From Gammaproteobacteria bacterium (GTDB lineage Bacteria; Pseudomonadota; Gammaproteobacteria; Ga0077536): a DNA stretch of 64,000 nt. The notes under the pieces are model-generated. The model was not told where the DNA came from and made no database searches. It was given only the letters and a program-made list of their open reading frames with translations. Positions 1 through 9,609 of the stretch are shown here, one piece after another. Position 1 is the stretch's first letter. Each line of letters starts with the position of its first letter. Both the position numbers and the translations under genes were made by a program. Where the stretch lies: positions 22,102-86,101 of the forward strand of contig JAVJVZ010000023.1 in NCBI GenBank assembly GCA_040220855.1. Direction: 5' to 3'.

Positions 1-169
1 ACAGTTTACCGATCTCGGCATCCATGTCGGCGATGAAGGCGAGCGCGGGATGGCGGACGCATTCCTCGTAGCGCTGCTTGTTGTCGTTGAACCAGGGGCG
101 GTTGTTGTTCTTCGCGAGCTGGCGCAGGAAGGGCAGGCAACCGGCCGGGAATCCCTGGAACTGGCCCAT
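1..169 (-). CDS. DUF2461 (TIGR02453) family protein, N-terminal 56 codons only; the gene continues beyond the window start
   Basis: Reverse-strand translation from ATG at 169-167 gives MGQFQGFPAGCLPFLRQLAKNNNRPWFNDNKQRYEE..., the characteristic DUF2461 N-terminus. Not in the ORF track because it is truncated. Confidence 0.55.
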   Translation of the reverse strand, partial: MGQFQGFPAGCLPFLRQLAKNNNRPWFNDNKQRYEECVRHPALAFIADMDAEIGKL

Positions 170-206
170 CGATGGTGTCTCCGGTGAGCTTGGATGGAAG
201 GGCTGC

Positions 207-1073
207 TCAGTCGAGCAGGGTGACGGTGTCGCCTTCACGCACGCGGCCCGGGACGCGACAGTGCGCGCCGACGCCGAGGCACTGTGCGGCCTCGCGCACG
301 ATGGTGCGCAGGATCAGCCGATCGTAGCCGAGCTCGCCCTGCGGGCGCACCGTCATGCCGCAGCGTGGCGTCGGCGCCGACACCTCGAGCTCGACCTCGC
401 CGATACGCAGCCGTCGACCCACCCAGTCGTTCTCGACCAGCCCGTCGAGCCCGGGCGCGGTGTCGATGAGAAAGTTGGGACGAAAGCGACGCACGTCCCA
501 GCTCGCTTCCGGTTCGCACGTGCGCATGTGCGCGAGCGAGGCGGTGGTGAGGAAATGAATTTCCTCGTTGTCGAAGAAGGTGCCGGGTACCGCGACATGA
601 TCCATCAGTACCTCGGGAAACTGCGCAAGATCGGGCATCGGTTCACCGGGTTCGCGCGCGAACGCGGCCGCCATCTCCTGCATGAACTGCGCCTCGTCGG
701 GCTTGTAGCGCTTGTAGAAGGCGACGTCCTCCGCCGGCTGCAACGGCCACAACCGTGCCTCCCGCCCGATCAGTGCGGTCAGTCTTGCGTGTACGGCGTC
801 GTCAGCGCTGGTCACGGTAGTGCCGTCCGGGAAGGTGATGGCAACCGGTTTGATCACACCCTCTTCGGGCTCTTCGAGGTAGCGCGCGTGGCAGAGCATG
901 AGCTGCGGAAACATCTTGCCCCATTGCACTTCCCGGCGCGTCTCGTCGCGCATCGCCCACGCGCGGTCGCCGGCGACGCCGCGCGGCGAGACCGCCGTCG
1001 CGGCGACGCGGTCCCCCTGCATGGACTTCACCGGAAACCGCCAGATCTCCCGCACCGTGCCGAGTGTCGTCAT
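207..1073 (-). CDS. MOSC domain-containing protein (YcbX-like)
   Basis: N-terminal MOSC beta-barrel motif ...REIWRFPVKSMQGD... Start re-picked at the internal ATG (MTTLGTV); the upstream part of ORF 207..1160 is probably an extension. Confidence 0.75.
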   Translation of the reverse strand: MTTLGTVREIWRFPVKSMQGDRVAATAVSPRGVAGDRAWAMRDETRREVQWGKMFPQLMLCHARYLEEPEEGVIKPVAITFPDGTTVTSADDAVHARLTALIGREARLWPLQPAEDVAFYKRYKPDEAQFMQEMAAAFAREPGEPMPDLAQFPEVLMDHVAVPGTFFDNEEIHFLTTASLAHMRTCEPEASWDVRRFRPNFLIDTAPGLDGLVENDWVGRRLRIGEVELEVSAPTPRCGMTVRPQGELGYDRLILRTIVREAAQCLGVGAHCRVPGRVREGDTVTLLD

Positions 1074-1105
1074 TGCGTTTCTCCCCACGCCGTGATGGTT
1101 GCCAG

Positions 1106-1990
1106 TCAGCGGCGGCCGAGGCCGCATTCCTCGCGCACCTCCAGTGCTATCGCCGTCCAATCCTTCTCACCGTGGCCGTGCGCCACGGCATCGGCATAGC
1201 GCGCCTCCAGCAGGTCGCCGAGCTGCATGCGTGCACCGTGACCGGCTGCCGTCGCGGTGGCGAGTCGCACGTCCTTCAGCCCCAGCACGAGCCGGAAGGC
1301 GGCTTCGTCCCAGGCGCCCTCGACGAGGATACGGCCGTAATTCTCGTACAACGGGCAGCCAAAGGCAGTACCGACGACCATCTCGTAGAAGGCGCGCGGA
1401 TCGAGACCGGCCTTCTCCGCCACGGCGAACGATTCCGCCATCGATTCGATAGCGGACGCGATGAGGAAATTGAAATTGATCTTGGCGAGGTTGGCCGCTG
1501 GCGGTGCTTCGCCGAAATCGAATACGCGGCGTCCGAGCGCCTCGAGCAGATCGCGCACACGCGCCTTGGCCGCCTGCGTCCCGGCCAGCAGCCACGACTG
1601 GGCCCGGGCGGCGACGGCGTCGGGCCGCCCGATCAGCGGGGCCGCGACGTAATGCGCGCCGGCCGCCTCGTGCGCAGCCGCCAGGCGTTCGGCGCAGGGC
1701 GCGGAGACGGTGCTGATGGACACGTGCACGCCGGCCAGGCCGAGCGCCTCGAGCACCGTGCCGTCAGTGCACACGGCGTCGAGCGCGACGTCGTCGGCGA
1801 GGCAACTGAAGACGATACCGCCCGGCCTGCACGCCGCCGCGGCGCTGTCGGCCACGCGCACCCGTCCGCCGGCGAGCTGCTCGGCCTTGGCGCGATCACG
1901 GTTCCACACGCGCACCTCGTGCCCGTCGGCGGCGAGGTTGGCGATCATGGGCGCCGCGAGGCGTCCGGCACCGATGAATCCGAGCTGCAT
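1106..1990 (-). CDS. NAD(P)-dependent oxidoreductase, 3-hydroxyisobutyrate dehydrogenase / 6PGDH-NAD-binding family
   Basis: N-terminal Rossmann motif MQLGFIGAGRLAAPM. Length 294 aa, typical of HIBADH-like enzymes. Confidence 0.8.
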   Translation of the reverse strand: MQLGFIGAGRLAAPMIANLAADGHEVRVWNRDRAKAEQLAGGRVRVADSAAAACRPGGIVFSCLADDVALDAVCTDGTVLEALGLAGVHVSISTVSAPCAERLAAAHEAAGAHYVAAPLIGRPDAVAARAQSWLLAGTQAAKARVRDLLEALGRRVFDFGEAPPAANLAKINFNFLIASAIESMAESFAVAEKAGLDPRAFYEMVVGTAFGCPLYENYGRILVEGAWDEAAFRLVLGLKDVRLATATAAGHGARMQLGDLLEARYADAVAHGHGEKDWTAIALEVREECGLGRR

Positions 1991-2044
1991 GATGGTTCTC
2001 CCCGCGCTCGAGCGCGTCAGGCGGTGGCCGGCGTCGGCCGCCGT

Positions 2045-3595
2045 TCAGTCACGCCGGCCACGCCAGCGTAGCGCGTAGAGTTCGCCGCGACGATCGGCGA
2101 GGTTGCGCACCGAGCCCTCCTTGCGCAGTTCGACGAGTTTCTCGAGATCGAGGTCGACCACCAGTAGCTGCTCGGTGTTCGGCGTGGTCTCGGCGATGAT
2201 GGCATCGTGCGGGAACGCGAAGTCGGACGGTGAGTACACCGCCGACTGCGCGTACTGCAGGTCGAGATGCTCGACCTGAGGCAGGTGGCCTACGCTGCCG
2301 GCAACCACTACGTAGCATTCGTTCTCGATCGCACGCGCCTGCGCACAGCGCTGCACGCGCAGGAAGGCGTTCTTGGTGTCGGTCCAGATCGGCACGAACA
2401 GGATGTCGATGCCGTCCAGCGCCTGCAGGCGCGCGAGCTCCGGGAACTCGACGTCGTAGCAGACCAATATGCCGACGCGGCCGGCGTCGGTATCGAAGGT
2501 GCGCAGGCCGTCGCCGCCCTTGATCATCCAGAACGTGCGTTCATCCGGCGTGATGTGAATCTTGTACTGGCTATCGACGCGACCGCTGCGGTGGCACAGG
2601 TAGGCGACGTTGTAGAGATCCTCGCCCTCGCGCAGCGGCATGCTGCCGGCGACGATATTGACGTTGTAACTGATCGCGAGCTCGCTCAGCGCGCTGACGA
2701 TGTCGGGGGTGTAATCGGCGAGGCTGCGCATGGCCTCCGCGGCCTTGTCGTCGTTACGGCCGACGCCCATCAGCGGCATCGAGAAGAACTCCGGCAGCAC
2801 GACGAAATCGGCGCGGTAATCGGACAGCGAATCGACGAAGAACTCGACCTGAGAGAGCAGTTCCTCGCGCGAACCGATGGTGCGCATCAGCCATTGCACC
2901 ACGCCGACACGGACCGCTGTCTTGGGCGCTTCGACGAGCGGTTTCTCCTCCGGCTCGTAGTAGAGATTGTCCCATTCCAGCAGGGTCGCGTAGCCGCGGC
3001 TCGCCTCGTCCTCCGGCAGGTAGGCGCGCATGATGCGTTTGACCTGGAAATCGTTCGAGAGCTGGAAGTTGAGCACCGTGTCGTCGAGTTCCTGGCGGCG
3101 CACCCGATCGATGTACTCGGCCGGGGTCATGGTGTCGGCATGCTCGGCGTAGCCGGTGATCCGTCCACCGGCGAGGATGCCGCGCAGGTTGAGCTCCATG
3201 CAGAGATCCTTGCGTGCATCGTAGAGCCGCCGCCCGAGACGGTAGCCGCGGTACTCCGGATCGACCATGACGTCGATACCGTAGAGGGCGTCACCGTCGG
3301 CGTCGTGGTGGATCTCGAGCTTCGCGCTGACCAGGTCGCGGTAGCGATGCGGCGAGGAGAAGCGGTTGTAGTCGACGCGTACTGTCAGCGCCGCGGCGAC
3401 GATGACACCGTTGTCCTCGATGCACAGCTGGCCCTCGGGGAACTCCTCGAGCAGGCCGTCGATGGTATGTCGCGGCCATGCGCCACCGAGGTCCGGGTAG
3501 ACCACGTTCTCGAGACGCTCGAGCCCGGCATGGTCCTCCACCGTCAGGTTGCGTAAGCGGATGAGGGTGTCGGCGCCGGCGTCGGTCTGGCTCAT
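2045..3595 (-). CDS. Bifunctional GNAT N-acetyltransferase / carbon-nitrogen hydrolase (nitrilase superfamily) protein
   Basis: 516 aa. N-terminal acetyltransferase-like region (YRGYRLGRRLYDAR). C-terminal CN-hydrolase region with the catalytic Cys context GILVCYDVEFPE and E...K residues. Confidence 0.8.
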   Translation of the reverse strand: MSQTDAGADTLIRLRNLTVEDHAGLERLENVVYPDLGGAWPRHTIDGLLEEFPEGQLCIEDNGVIVAAALTVRVDYNRFSSPHRYRDLVSAKLEIHHDADGDALYGIDVMVDPEYRGYRLGRRLYDARKDLCMELNLRGILAGGRITGYAEHADTMTPAEYIDRVRRQELDDTVLNFQLSNDFQVKRIMRAYLPEDEASRGYATLLEWDNLYYEPEEKPLVEAPKTAVRVGVVQWLMRTIGSREELLSQVEFFVDSLSDYRADFVVLPEFFSMPLMGVGRNDDKAAEAMRSLADYTPDIVSALSELAISYNVNIVAGSMPLREGEDLYNVAYLCHRSGRVDSQYKIHITPDERTFWMIKGGDGLRTFDTDAGRVGILVCYDVEFPELARLQALDGIDILFVPIWTDTKNAFLRVQRCAQARAIENECYVVVAGSVGHLPQVEHLDLQYAQSAVYSPSDFAFPHDAIIAETTPNTEQLLVVDLDLEKLVELRKEGSVRNLADRRGELYALRWRGRRD

Positions 3596-3783
3596 GCGGA
3601 ATCGGTAACGGGAAACGAGGGCGATCTAGCCTAACGGATCGTCGGGCGAGGCGATACGCCGCGGCAGGACGCGCACCGCCGACAGGTCCGGCTTGCGCCG
3701 CGGCGCGCGCTTGGCCATGCTCGCGGTCGCGTGCCGCCCGGCACGCGCCACCGACAACGTCGCCGTACCTGGAGCCAGTCGCC

Positions 3784-4503
3784 ATGCATGCCCCTTTCCT
3801 CGTCTTCCAGCACGTCGACGTCGAGCATCCCGGGATCTTCCGCGACTTCATGCGCGACGAGGGCATCACCTGGGACACGGTCGAACTCGACGCCGGCGCG
3901 CGCGTGCCGCCGCTCGAGGATTACGCCGCGCTGATCGTCATGGGCGGCCCCATGGATACCTGGCAGGAGGACAGCCACCCCTGGCTCGCCGCGGAAAAGG
4001 CCGCCATCCGTGCATGGGTGACATCCGGACGTCCCTTCCTCGGCGTGTGTCTCGGTCATCAGCTGCTCGCCGCCGCGCTCGGTGGCGAGGTACGCGCGGC
4101 CGCGCGCGCGGAGGTCGGCGTGCTCGAGGTCAGCCTGAACGACGCCGGTCGCCGACACCCTTTCTTCGCCGGCGTGCCGGCGCGCTTCGAGTGCCTGCAA
4201 TGGCACGGCGCCGAGGTTGCGCGTGCGCCGGAGGGCGCCACCGTGCTCGCGAGTTCACCCGATTGCGCAATCCAGGCGCTGGCTTGCGGCGCGCACGCGT
4301 TCAGCTTCCAGTTCCACGTCGAGGTGATCGAGACGACCGTCGACGACTGGGCCGCGATTCCGGCCTACCGTGAGAGCCTGGAACGGAATCTCGGCGCCGC
4401 GGGCGTCGACCAGTTCCGTCGCGCCGCCGCCGCGCGCATGGCCGCCTTCAACGGCCTCGCGCGGCGCGTCTACGACAACTGGCGCAGCCACGCCTTCGCC
4501 TGA
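3784..4503 (+). CDS. Class I glutamine amidotransferase-like protein (GMP-synthase-type GATase domain)
   Basis: GVCLGHQLL catalytic-Cys motif and the conserved downstream His/Glu region (FQFHVE). Divergent from the GNAT/nitrilase gene. Confidence 0.8.
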   Translation: MHAPFLVFQHVDVEHPGIFRDFMRDEGITWDTVELDAGARVPPLEDYAALIVMGGPMDTWQEDSHPWLAAEKAAIRAWVTSGRPFLGVCLGHQLLAAALGGEVRAAARAEVGVLEVSLNDAGRRHPFFAGVPARFECLQWHGAEVARAPEGATVLASSPDCAIQALACGAHAFSFQFHVEVIETTVDDWAAIPAYRESLERNLGAAGVDQFRRAAAARMAAFNGLARRVYDNWRSHAFA

Positions 4504-4545
4504 CCGGCGGCACCCTGCCGTATCGCGGGCACCCGGCGTCGCCGT

Positions 4546-5973
4546 TCAGCTGCGCGCCCGGCCCGGCAGGCACAGGCTGGCGCGCAGCCCCGGCGCGTTG
4601 TCGGCGAACTCGAGCGTGCCGCCATGACGCTCGGCCACCGCCTTGACCAGGCTCAGGCCGAGTCCGCTGCCCGGATGACTGCGGCTCTGGTCGAGGCGCG
4701 CGAAGCGCCGCGTGACGCGCTCGTAGTCGGCTGGCGGAATGCCCGGCCCGGCATCGGCGACGGTCAGGCGCACAGCGCCGGGCTGCGCGTCGCCGGCGTC
4801 CCGCTCGTGCCTCACGCTGACGACCACCCGGCTGTCCGGTGGCGCGAACTTCAGCGCGTTGTCGATGAGGTTGGCGACTGCCTGGATGAGCAGGTTGCGG
4901 TCGCCCGCAACCTGGCCGGCGGCCTCGTGGTCGGTTAGCAGCGTCACGCCGCGCTCCTGCGCGAGGCCCTGGTAGAGCTCGATGGCATCATCGACGATGC
5001 GTACGAGATCGACCGCCTCGACGTGCGCGTCGTAGCTGCCGGACTCGATGCGCGCGATGCGCAGGAGGGCGGTGAAGGTGGCGAGCAGCTGGTCTGCCTC
5101 GGCCACGCTCGCCTCGAGTTCTTCGCGCAGGTTCGCCGGTGCCTCGCGCGCGGCGAGTTCGATGCGGTTGCGCAGGCGCGTCAGCGGTGTGCGCAGGTCG
5201 TGAGCGATGTTGTCGGAAACGTGCCGTACCGTCTCGAGCAGGGCCTCGAGGCGATCGAGCATGACGTTCAGATGGGCGGCAAGGACGTCGAACTCGTCGC
5301 CCGAGCCGTGCTCGTCGAGGCGCCGGTCGAGTCGCCCATTGACGATTTCGGCGGTCGTGCGGGTAAACGCGGAGATCCGGTTCAGCACGCGCCCCGACAT
5401 CAGCAGCCCGCCGGCCGCGGCGAGCACGAAGGTCAAGCCACCACCGACCAGCAGCGCGCGATTGAAGTTCTCCTTGAGCTGCCGCAGCTGCGCGATGTTG
5501 CGCCCCACCAGCAGGTGCAGACCGTCGCGCAGCAGGTAGACGCGCGCGCGCGCCGGCATCTCGCGGCCGTCGGCGCGCAGGTGAACGAACTCCATCCAGC
5601 CCTCCTCGTCCGGTATCGCCGGCGGCCAGCTGGCGAGGTTGCCGGCGAGCGGGCGGTTGTCGCGGGTGGCGAAGAGATAGAGCATGTCACCGCTCGGATC
5701 GTTGCGGATGCGGTGTGCGATCACCTGCACCAGGCGATCGAGGCCATGCTCGAGATACTGCTCGGCGAGCCCCGTGATCTCAGACTTCAGGGTGGCATCG
5801 TTCTCGCGCACGATGAGCCCGATGGTCGACCAGTAGAAGAACAGCGTCAGCAGGCTGACCGAGATACCGAACAGGGCAATGTAGGACAGCGTCAGGTGGA
5901 ACGTGGTGGTGCGCAGCAGCGCACCGACGCGCTGGCCGAGGGCTCTGATCGAAATGACCTTACCTGCTGCCAT
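4546..5973 (-). CDS. Two-component sensor histidine kinase (TM-HAMP-HisKA-HATPase)
   Basis: Two TM segments, an H-box (HDLRTPLTRL), N/G boxes (NLIDNALKF, DAGPGIP, GSGLGLSLV). Confidence 0.85.
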   Translation of the reverse strand: MAAGKVISIRALGQRVGALLRTTTFHLTLSYIALFGISVSLLTLFFYWSTIGLIVRENDATLKSEITGLAEQYLEHGLDRLVQVIAHRIRNDPSGDMLYLFATRDNRPLAGNLASWPPAIPDEEGWMEFVHLRADGREMPARARVYLLRDGLHLLVGRNIAQLRQLKENFNRALLVGGGLTFVLAAAGGLLMSGRVLNRISAFTRTTAEIVNGRLDRRLDEHGSGDEFDVLAAHLNVMLDRLEALLETVRHVSDNIAHDLRTPLTRLRNRIELAAREAPANLREELEASVAEADQLLATFTALLRIARIESGSYDAHVEAVDLVRIVDDAIELYQGLAQERGVTLLTDHEAAGQVAGDRNLLIQAVANLIDNALKFAPPDSRVVVSVRHERDAGDAQPGAVRLTVADAGPGIPPADYERVTRRFARLDQSRSHPGSGLGLSLVKAVAERHGGTLEFADNAPGLRASLCLPGRARS

Positions 5974-6114
5974 CGCCGCTGCATCCCGCCTGGCGGCATT
6001 GCTCGTCGGTTGAACAGCGCGCTGTTCGGCCTCCTCGCGCCTTGCCAGACGGGCGCCCCGATGCGCCGGTTGGCCATCCTGTTTCGACCAGTGCCCTGAG
6101 CGCGCGCATTGTGC

Positions 6115-6795
6115 TCAGTCGTCCGGCGCCGCAATCTTGTAGCCGGCGCCACGTACGGTGTGCAGCAGGGGCTGCGCGAAGCCCTTGTCGATCTTGGCGC
6201 GCAGGCGGCTCACGTGGACATCGATGACATTGGTCTGCGGATCGAAGTGGTAGTCCCACACGTGTTCGAGCAGCATGGTCCGCGTGACCACCTGCCCGGC
6301 ATGCCGCATGAGGTACTCGAGGAGCGCGAACTCGCGCGGCTGCAGTTCGATCGCGGTATCGCCGCGGCGCACCGTGCGGGTCACCAGGTCCATCTCGAGG
6401 TCGCCGACGACCAGCCGCGTAGCCGGACCCTCCGGCACGGTACGCCGGCCGAGCGCCTCGAGGCGCGCCTCGAGCTCGCTGAACGCGAACGGCTTGACCA
6501 GGTAGTCGTCGCCACCGGCGCGCAGCCCGGCGACGCGCTGGTCGACCTCCCCCAGCGCGCTCAGGATCAGCACCGGGGTGCGGTTCTCCGCGGCCCGCAG
6601 CGAGCGCACGATCGCCAGCCCATCGAGCTCCGGCAGCATGCGATCGAGCACGATGAGATCGAAGCTGCCGGTACCGGCGAGCAGCAGGCCATCGCGGCCA
6701 TTGTCGGCAACGTCGACCGTGTGACCGGCCTGCACCAGGCCGCTGCGTACGAACTCGCGCGTGTCGCGATCGTCTTCCACGACGAGGATGTGCAT
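6115..6795 (-). CDS. OmpR/PhoB-family response regulator
   Basis: Receiver domain MHILVVEDDRD...DLIVLDRMLP and a C-terminal winged-helix (RLRAKID...HTVRGAGY). Start re-picked at MHILVVEDD. Confidence 0.85.
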   Translation of the reverse strand: MHILVVEDDRDTREFVRSGLVQAGHTVDVADNGRDGLLLAGTGSFDLIVLDRMLPELDGLAIVRSLRAAENRTPVLILSALGEVDQRVAGLRAGGDDYLVKPFAFSELEARLEALGRRTVPEGPATRLVVGDLEMDLVTRTVRRGDTAIELQPREFALLEYLMRHAGQVVTRTMLLEHVWDYHFDPQTNVIDVHVSRLRAKIDKGFAQPLLHTVRGAGYKIAAPDD

Positions 6796-6948
6796 TGCCG
6801 TCTCTCCCTGGGCGGACCGGCGGCGATTATGCCCGCCCTGCGGCACCCCCGGTGCCGGCATTACGAAAAGTTAATGTCCGGGAAAGCATCGTGTAATCCA
6901 CCAGCCCCTACCTTATGCGCAACGCCAACCTGATTGAAGGAGCACACC

Positions 6949-8469
6949 ATGAAACCAGCTCTTGCCCTGTTCTCGCATCGCCCCGCGCGGCGCGCCGCGC
7001 TTTACGCGGTGCCGGTGTTGCTCGGCGCCCTCGCGCTGAACGGCATCGGGCCGGCCGGTGCGCTGGAGGCGCCGGCAGCGGCACCGCGCCCGACCTTCGA
7101 ACGCGTGCAGTTCGCCGACGTCATCGAGCGGGTGCAGCCGGCCGTGGTCAAGATCGATGTCGTCAAGACCGTTGCCGGCGTCAACCGCCTCGGCGGCCAG
7201 GCCATGCCGTTCCCGCAAGACAGCCCGTTCGGCGAGTTCATGCGCCGCTTCGGCATGGTGCCGTTCGGTCCGCAGGGTGGCCAGGGTGGCCCACCCGCGC
7301 GCGCCGAGGGCCTCGGCTCGGGCTTCATCATCGATGCTGACGGCCACGTCGTCACCAACAACCACGTCATCGACGGCGCCGACGAGATGCGCGTGACCCT
7401 GCACGACGGCACCGAACTGCCGGCACGCCTGGTCGGGCGCGACCCGTTGACCGATCTTGCGCTGCTCAAGATCGAGGGCGGCAAGGATCTCCCGGCGGTC
7501 GAGTTCGGTGATTCCGACCGTGCTCGCGTCGGTGACTGGGTCGTCGCCATCGGCAACCCGTTCGGCTTCGGCGGCAGCGCGACGGCCGGCATCATCTCGG
7601 CGCGCGGGCGTGACATCAAGTCGGGGCCCTACGACGACTACCTGCAGATCGATGCCCCCATCAACAGCGGCAACTCCGGCGGCCCCATCGTCGACGCCAG
7701 CGGTCACGTCATCGGCGTCAATACCGCCATCTATTCGCCCAACGGCGGCAACGTCGGTATCGGCTTCGCGATTCCGGCAGCCGAAGCCGCCCAGGTCATC
7801 ACCGAACTGAAGGAGAGTGGCGCGGTCACGCGCGGCTGGCTCGGCGTGCAGATTCAACCGGTCACCGACGACGTCGCCAGCGCCCTCCAGCTCGAGGCGG
7901 CACGCGGCGCGCTGGTCGCGAGCGTAGTCGACGACAGCCCCGCATCGCTCGCTGGCGTGACCGCCGGCGATGTCATCGTGCGCTACGGTGACACCGCTAT
8001 CGAAGACCCGCGCGCGCTCAGCCGCGCCGTCGCGGCGACCGCCCCTGGCGAGAAGATCTCGCTGACGGTCGTGCGTCGTGGCAAGGAACAGCGCCTGGTC
8101 ACGGTCATCGATCGCAACGAGCAGCATGCGCTCGCCGCGACCGCCTCCGACGGCAACGACGCCGGCGCCGCCAACGACGCCCTCGGCCTCGGACTCGCGC
8201 TCGGCGAACTGCACGAGGACGCACGCCGGCGCCTCGAACTCGGTGATGACGTCAGCGGTGCTTTCGTCGTCGGCGTGAAGAACGACGGCCCGGCGGCACA
8301 GAGCGGCGTGCGCCCGGGCGACGTCATCGTGCAGGTCAACCAGCGCGAGGTCGCCGACGTTGCCAGTGCCAGGCAGGCGCTCGGCGAAGCGAAGCAGGCC
8401 GAACGCCCCATCGTGATGCTCATCCGCCGCGGCGGCGAACAGTTCTTCACCACCATGAAGCTGGCCTGA
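6949..8469 (+). CDS. Do-family serine endopeptidase (DegP/HtrA/MucD-like) with two PDZ domains
   Basis: Signal peptide. Catalytic triad contexts HVVTNNHV, DLALLK, GNSGGP. Two PDZ-like regions. RBS GAAGGAG upstream of the ATG. Confidence 0.9.
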   Translation: MKPALALFSHRPARRAALYAVPVLLGALALNGIGPAGALEAPAAAPRPTFERVQFADVIERVQPAVVKIDVVKTVAGVNRLGGQAMPFPQDSPFGEFMRRFGMVPFGPQGGQGGPPARAEGLGSGFIIDADGHVVTNNHVIDGADEMRVTLHDGTELPARLVGRDPLTDLALLKIEGGKDLPAVEFGDSDRARVGDWVVAIGNPFGFGGSATAGIISARGRDIKSGPYDDYLQIDAPINSGNSGGPIVDASGHVIGVNTAIYSPNGGNVGIGFAIPAAEAAQVITELKESGAVTRGWLGVQIQPVTDDVASALQLEAARGALVASVVDDSPASLAGVTAGDVIVRYGDTAIEDPRALSRAVAATAPGEKISLTVVRRGKEQRLVTVIDRNEQHALAATASDGNDAGAANDALGLGLALGELHEDARRRLELGDDVSGAFVVGVKNDGPAAQSGVRPGDVIVQVNQREVADVASARQALGEAKQAERPIVMLIRRGGEQFFTTMKLA

Positions 8470-8523
8470 ACGCACGATTCATCTCCCTTCACACGGATGT
8501 CTCCCGCCCCTCCCAAGGCGTTG

Positions 8524-8549
8524 CCCCGGCCCCGGCCGGGGTTTTTTTT
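8524..8549 (+). terminator. Rho-independent terminator after the DegP-like gene
   Basis: GC-rich hairpin CCCCGGCC/CCG/GCCGGGG immediately followed by TTTTTTTT. Confidence 0.75.
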
Positions 8550-8657
8550 GCGCCCGCGGGCAGACCCGACACCGCCGCGCGGCACCTGACGCGCAGTGCC
8601 CGCATCGGCTCGCGCCGGGTATGCTGCCGCCATCGCTCCCCCGCCCGAGGGCCCGCC

Positions 8658-9299
8658 GTGTCCAACCTGCCCGTACCCTGGACGCTCGCCGCCGATTGCG
8701 CCGCGCTGCTGGTACTTGCGCTCTACCACCTGCGACTCGTCCATCACCTGCGCCACGATCCGACGCGCACCATGATCGGTCGCAACCGCGGCGTACGCCG
8801 CGCCTGGCTCGCCGACGTCATCGCCCGCCGCGCCGATATCCTCGCCGTACAGACGCTGCGCAACTGGGCGATGACCGCGACCTTTCTCGCCTCGACCGCA
8901 ATCCTGATCGCGCTCGGCATCGTGCACTTCACTTTCACCAACGAGCCCGGCGCAGCGGCCGCGAGCACGCTGCTGCGCGCACCCTGGGCCGGCGCCAAGC
9001 TGCTCGTGCTGGCGAGCCTGTTCTTCGTCGCATTCTTCTGCTTCGCGCAGACGCTCCGCGCTCTCAATCACCTCGGCTTCGAGATCGTCGTCGCGCGCGA
9101 AGAGAGCTTCGAGGCGGTGCTCGCCCACCTGCATCGACACGCCGACAACTTCACCCTCGGCATGCGCAGCTTCTACCTCAGCCTGCCCTTCTCGCTGTGG
9201 CTGTTCGGCGCCCTGCACTTCCTCGCCGCGGCACTCGTGCTGACGCTGCTGCTGCTGCGCCTGGACTATGCCCGTGACCCGGGACCGCCGCCCGGCTGA
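8658..9299 (+). CDS. DUF599 family membrane protein
   Basis: GTG start. Hydrophobic segments and the conserved ...ILAVQTLRN... motif. Confidence 0.55.
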   Translation: MSNLPVPWTLAADCAALLVLALYHLRLVHHLRHDPTRTMIGRNRGVRRAWLADVIARRADILAVQTLRNWAMTATFLASTAILIALGIVHFTFTNEPGAAAASTLLRAPWAGAKLLVLASLFFVAFFCFAQTLRALNHLGFEIVVAREESFEAVLAHLHRHADNFTLGMRSFYLSLPFSLWLFGALHFLAAALVLTLLLLRLDYARDPGPPPG

Positions 9300-9380
9300 A
9301 GCCGCATCCTCGATCGGCTTGCGCCAGACCCCGCGTGCCGCGTAGGCTCGCCGGCATCAATCCGGCAAACGGGGTCCACC

Positions 9381-9593
9381 ATGCGCCTGTCCCGTAATGG
9401 CTATTACGTCGAACGTTACGTCAAGTGCGACAATTGTGGCGTGCTGATCTACGACGACGGCATGGCAGCGACGATCGCGGGTGACGACGGCCTGTACTGC
9501 TCCCAGTGGTGTATCGACTGGGCGACGGCGCGCGCCCGCGGCATCGAGGAGCCGCGCATACCGCTACCGCGCGTGCCACGCGAGCGCGGCTGA
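9381..9593 (+). CDS. Small hypothetical protein with a 4-Cys zinc-ribbon-like motif
   Basis: 70 aa, CDNCG ... CSQWC. Plausible RBS. Confidence 0.4.
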   Translation: MRLSRNGYYVERYVKCDNCGVLIYDDGMAATIAGDDGLYCSQWCIDWATARARGIEEPRIPLPRVPRERG

Positions 9594-9609
9594 CGACGCC
9601 GGGCACGGT

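Noticed and set aside
78-1199. 373-aa plus-strand ORF overlapping the MOSC gene
   Set aside because: Antisense to a well-supported MOSC-domain CDS. Low-complexity Arg/Ala-rich translation typical of shadow ORFs in high-GC DNA.
1064-3556. Long plus-strand ORFs 1064..2071 and 2267..3556
   Set aside because: Entirely antisense to the HIBADH-like and GNAT/nitrilase genes. No domain motifs. High-GC artefacts.
5023-8475. ORFs 5023..6099 (+), 6109..6933 (+), 6913..8475 (-), 7983..9218 (-)
   Set aside because: Shadow frames of the histidine kinase, response regulator and DegP-like genes, which have clear motifs. Translations are Arg/Gly/Ala-rich nonsense.
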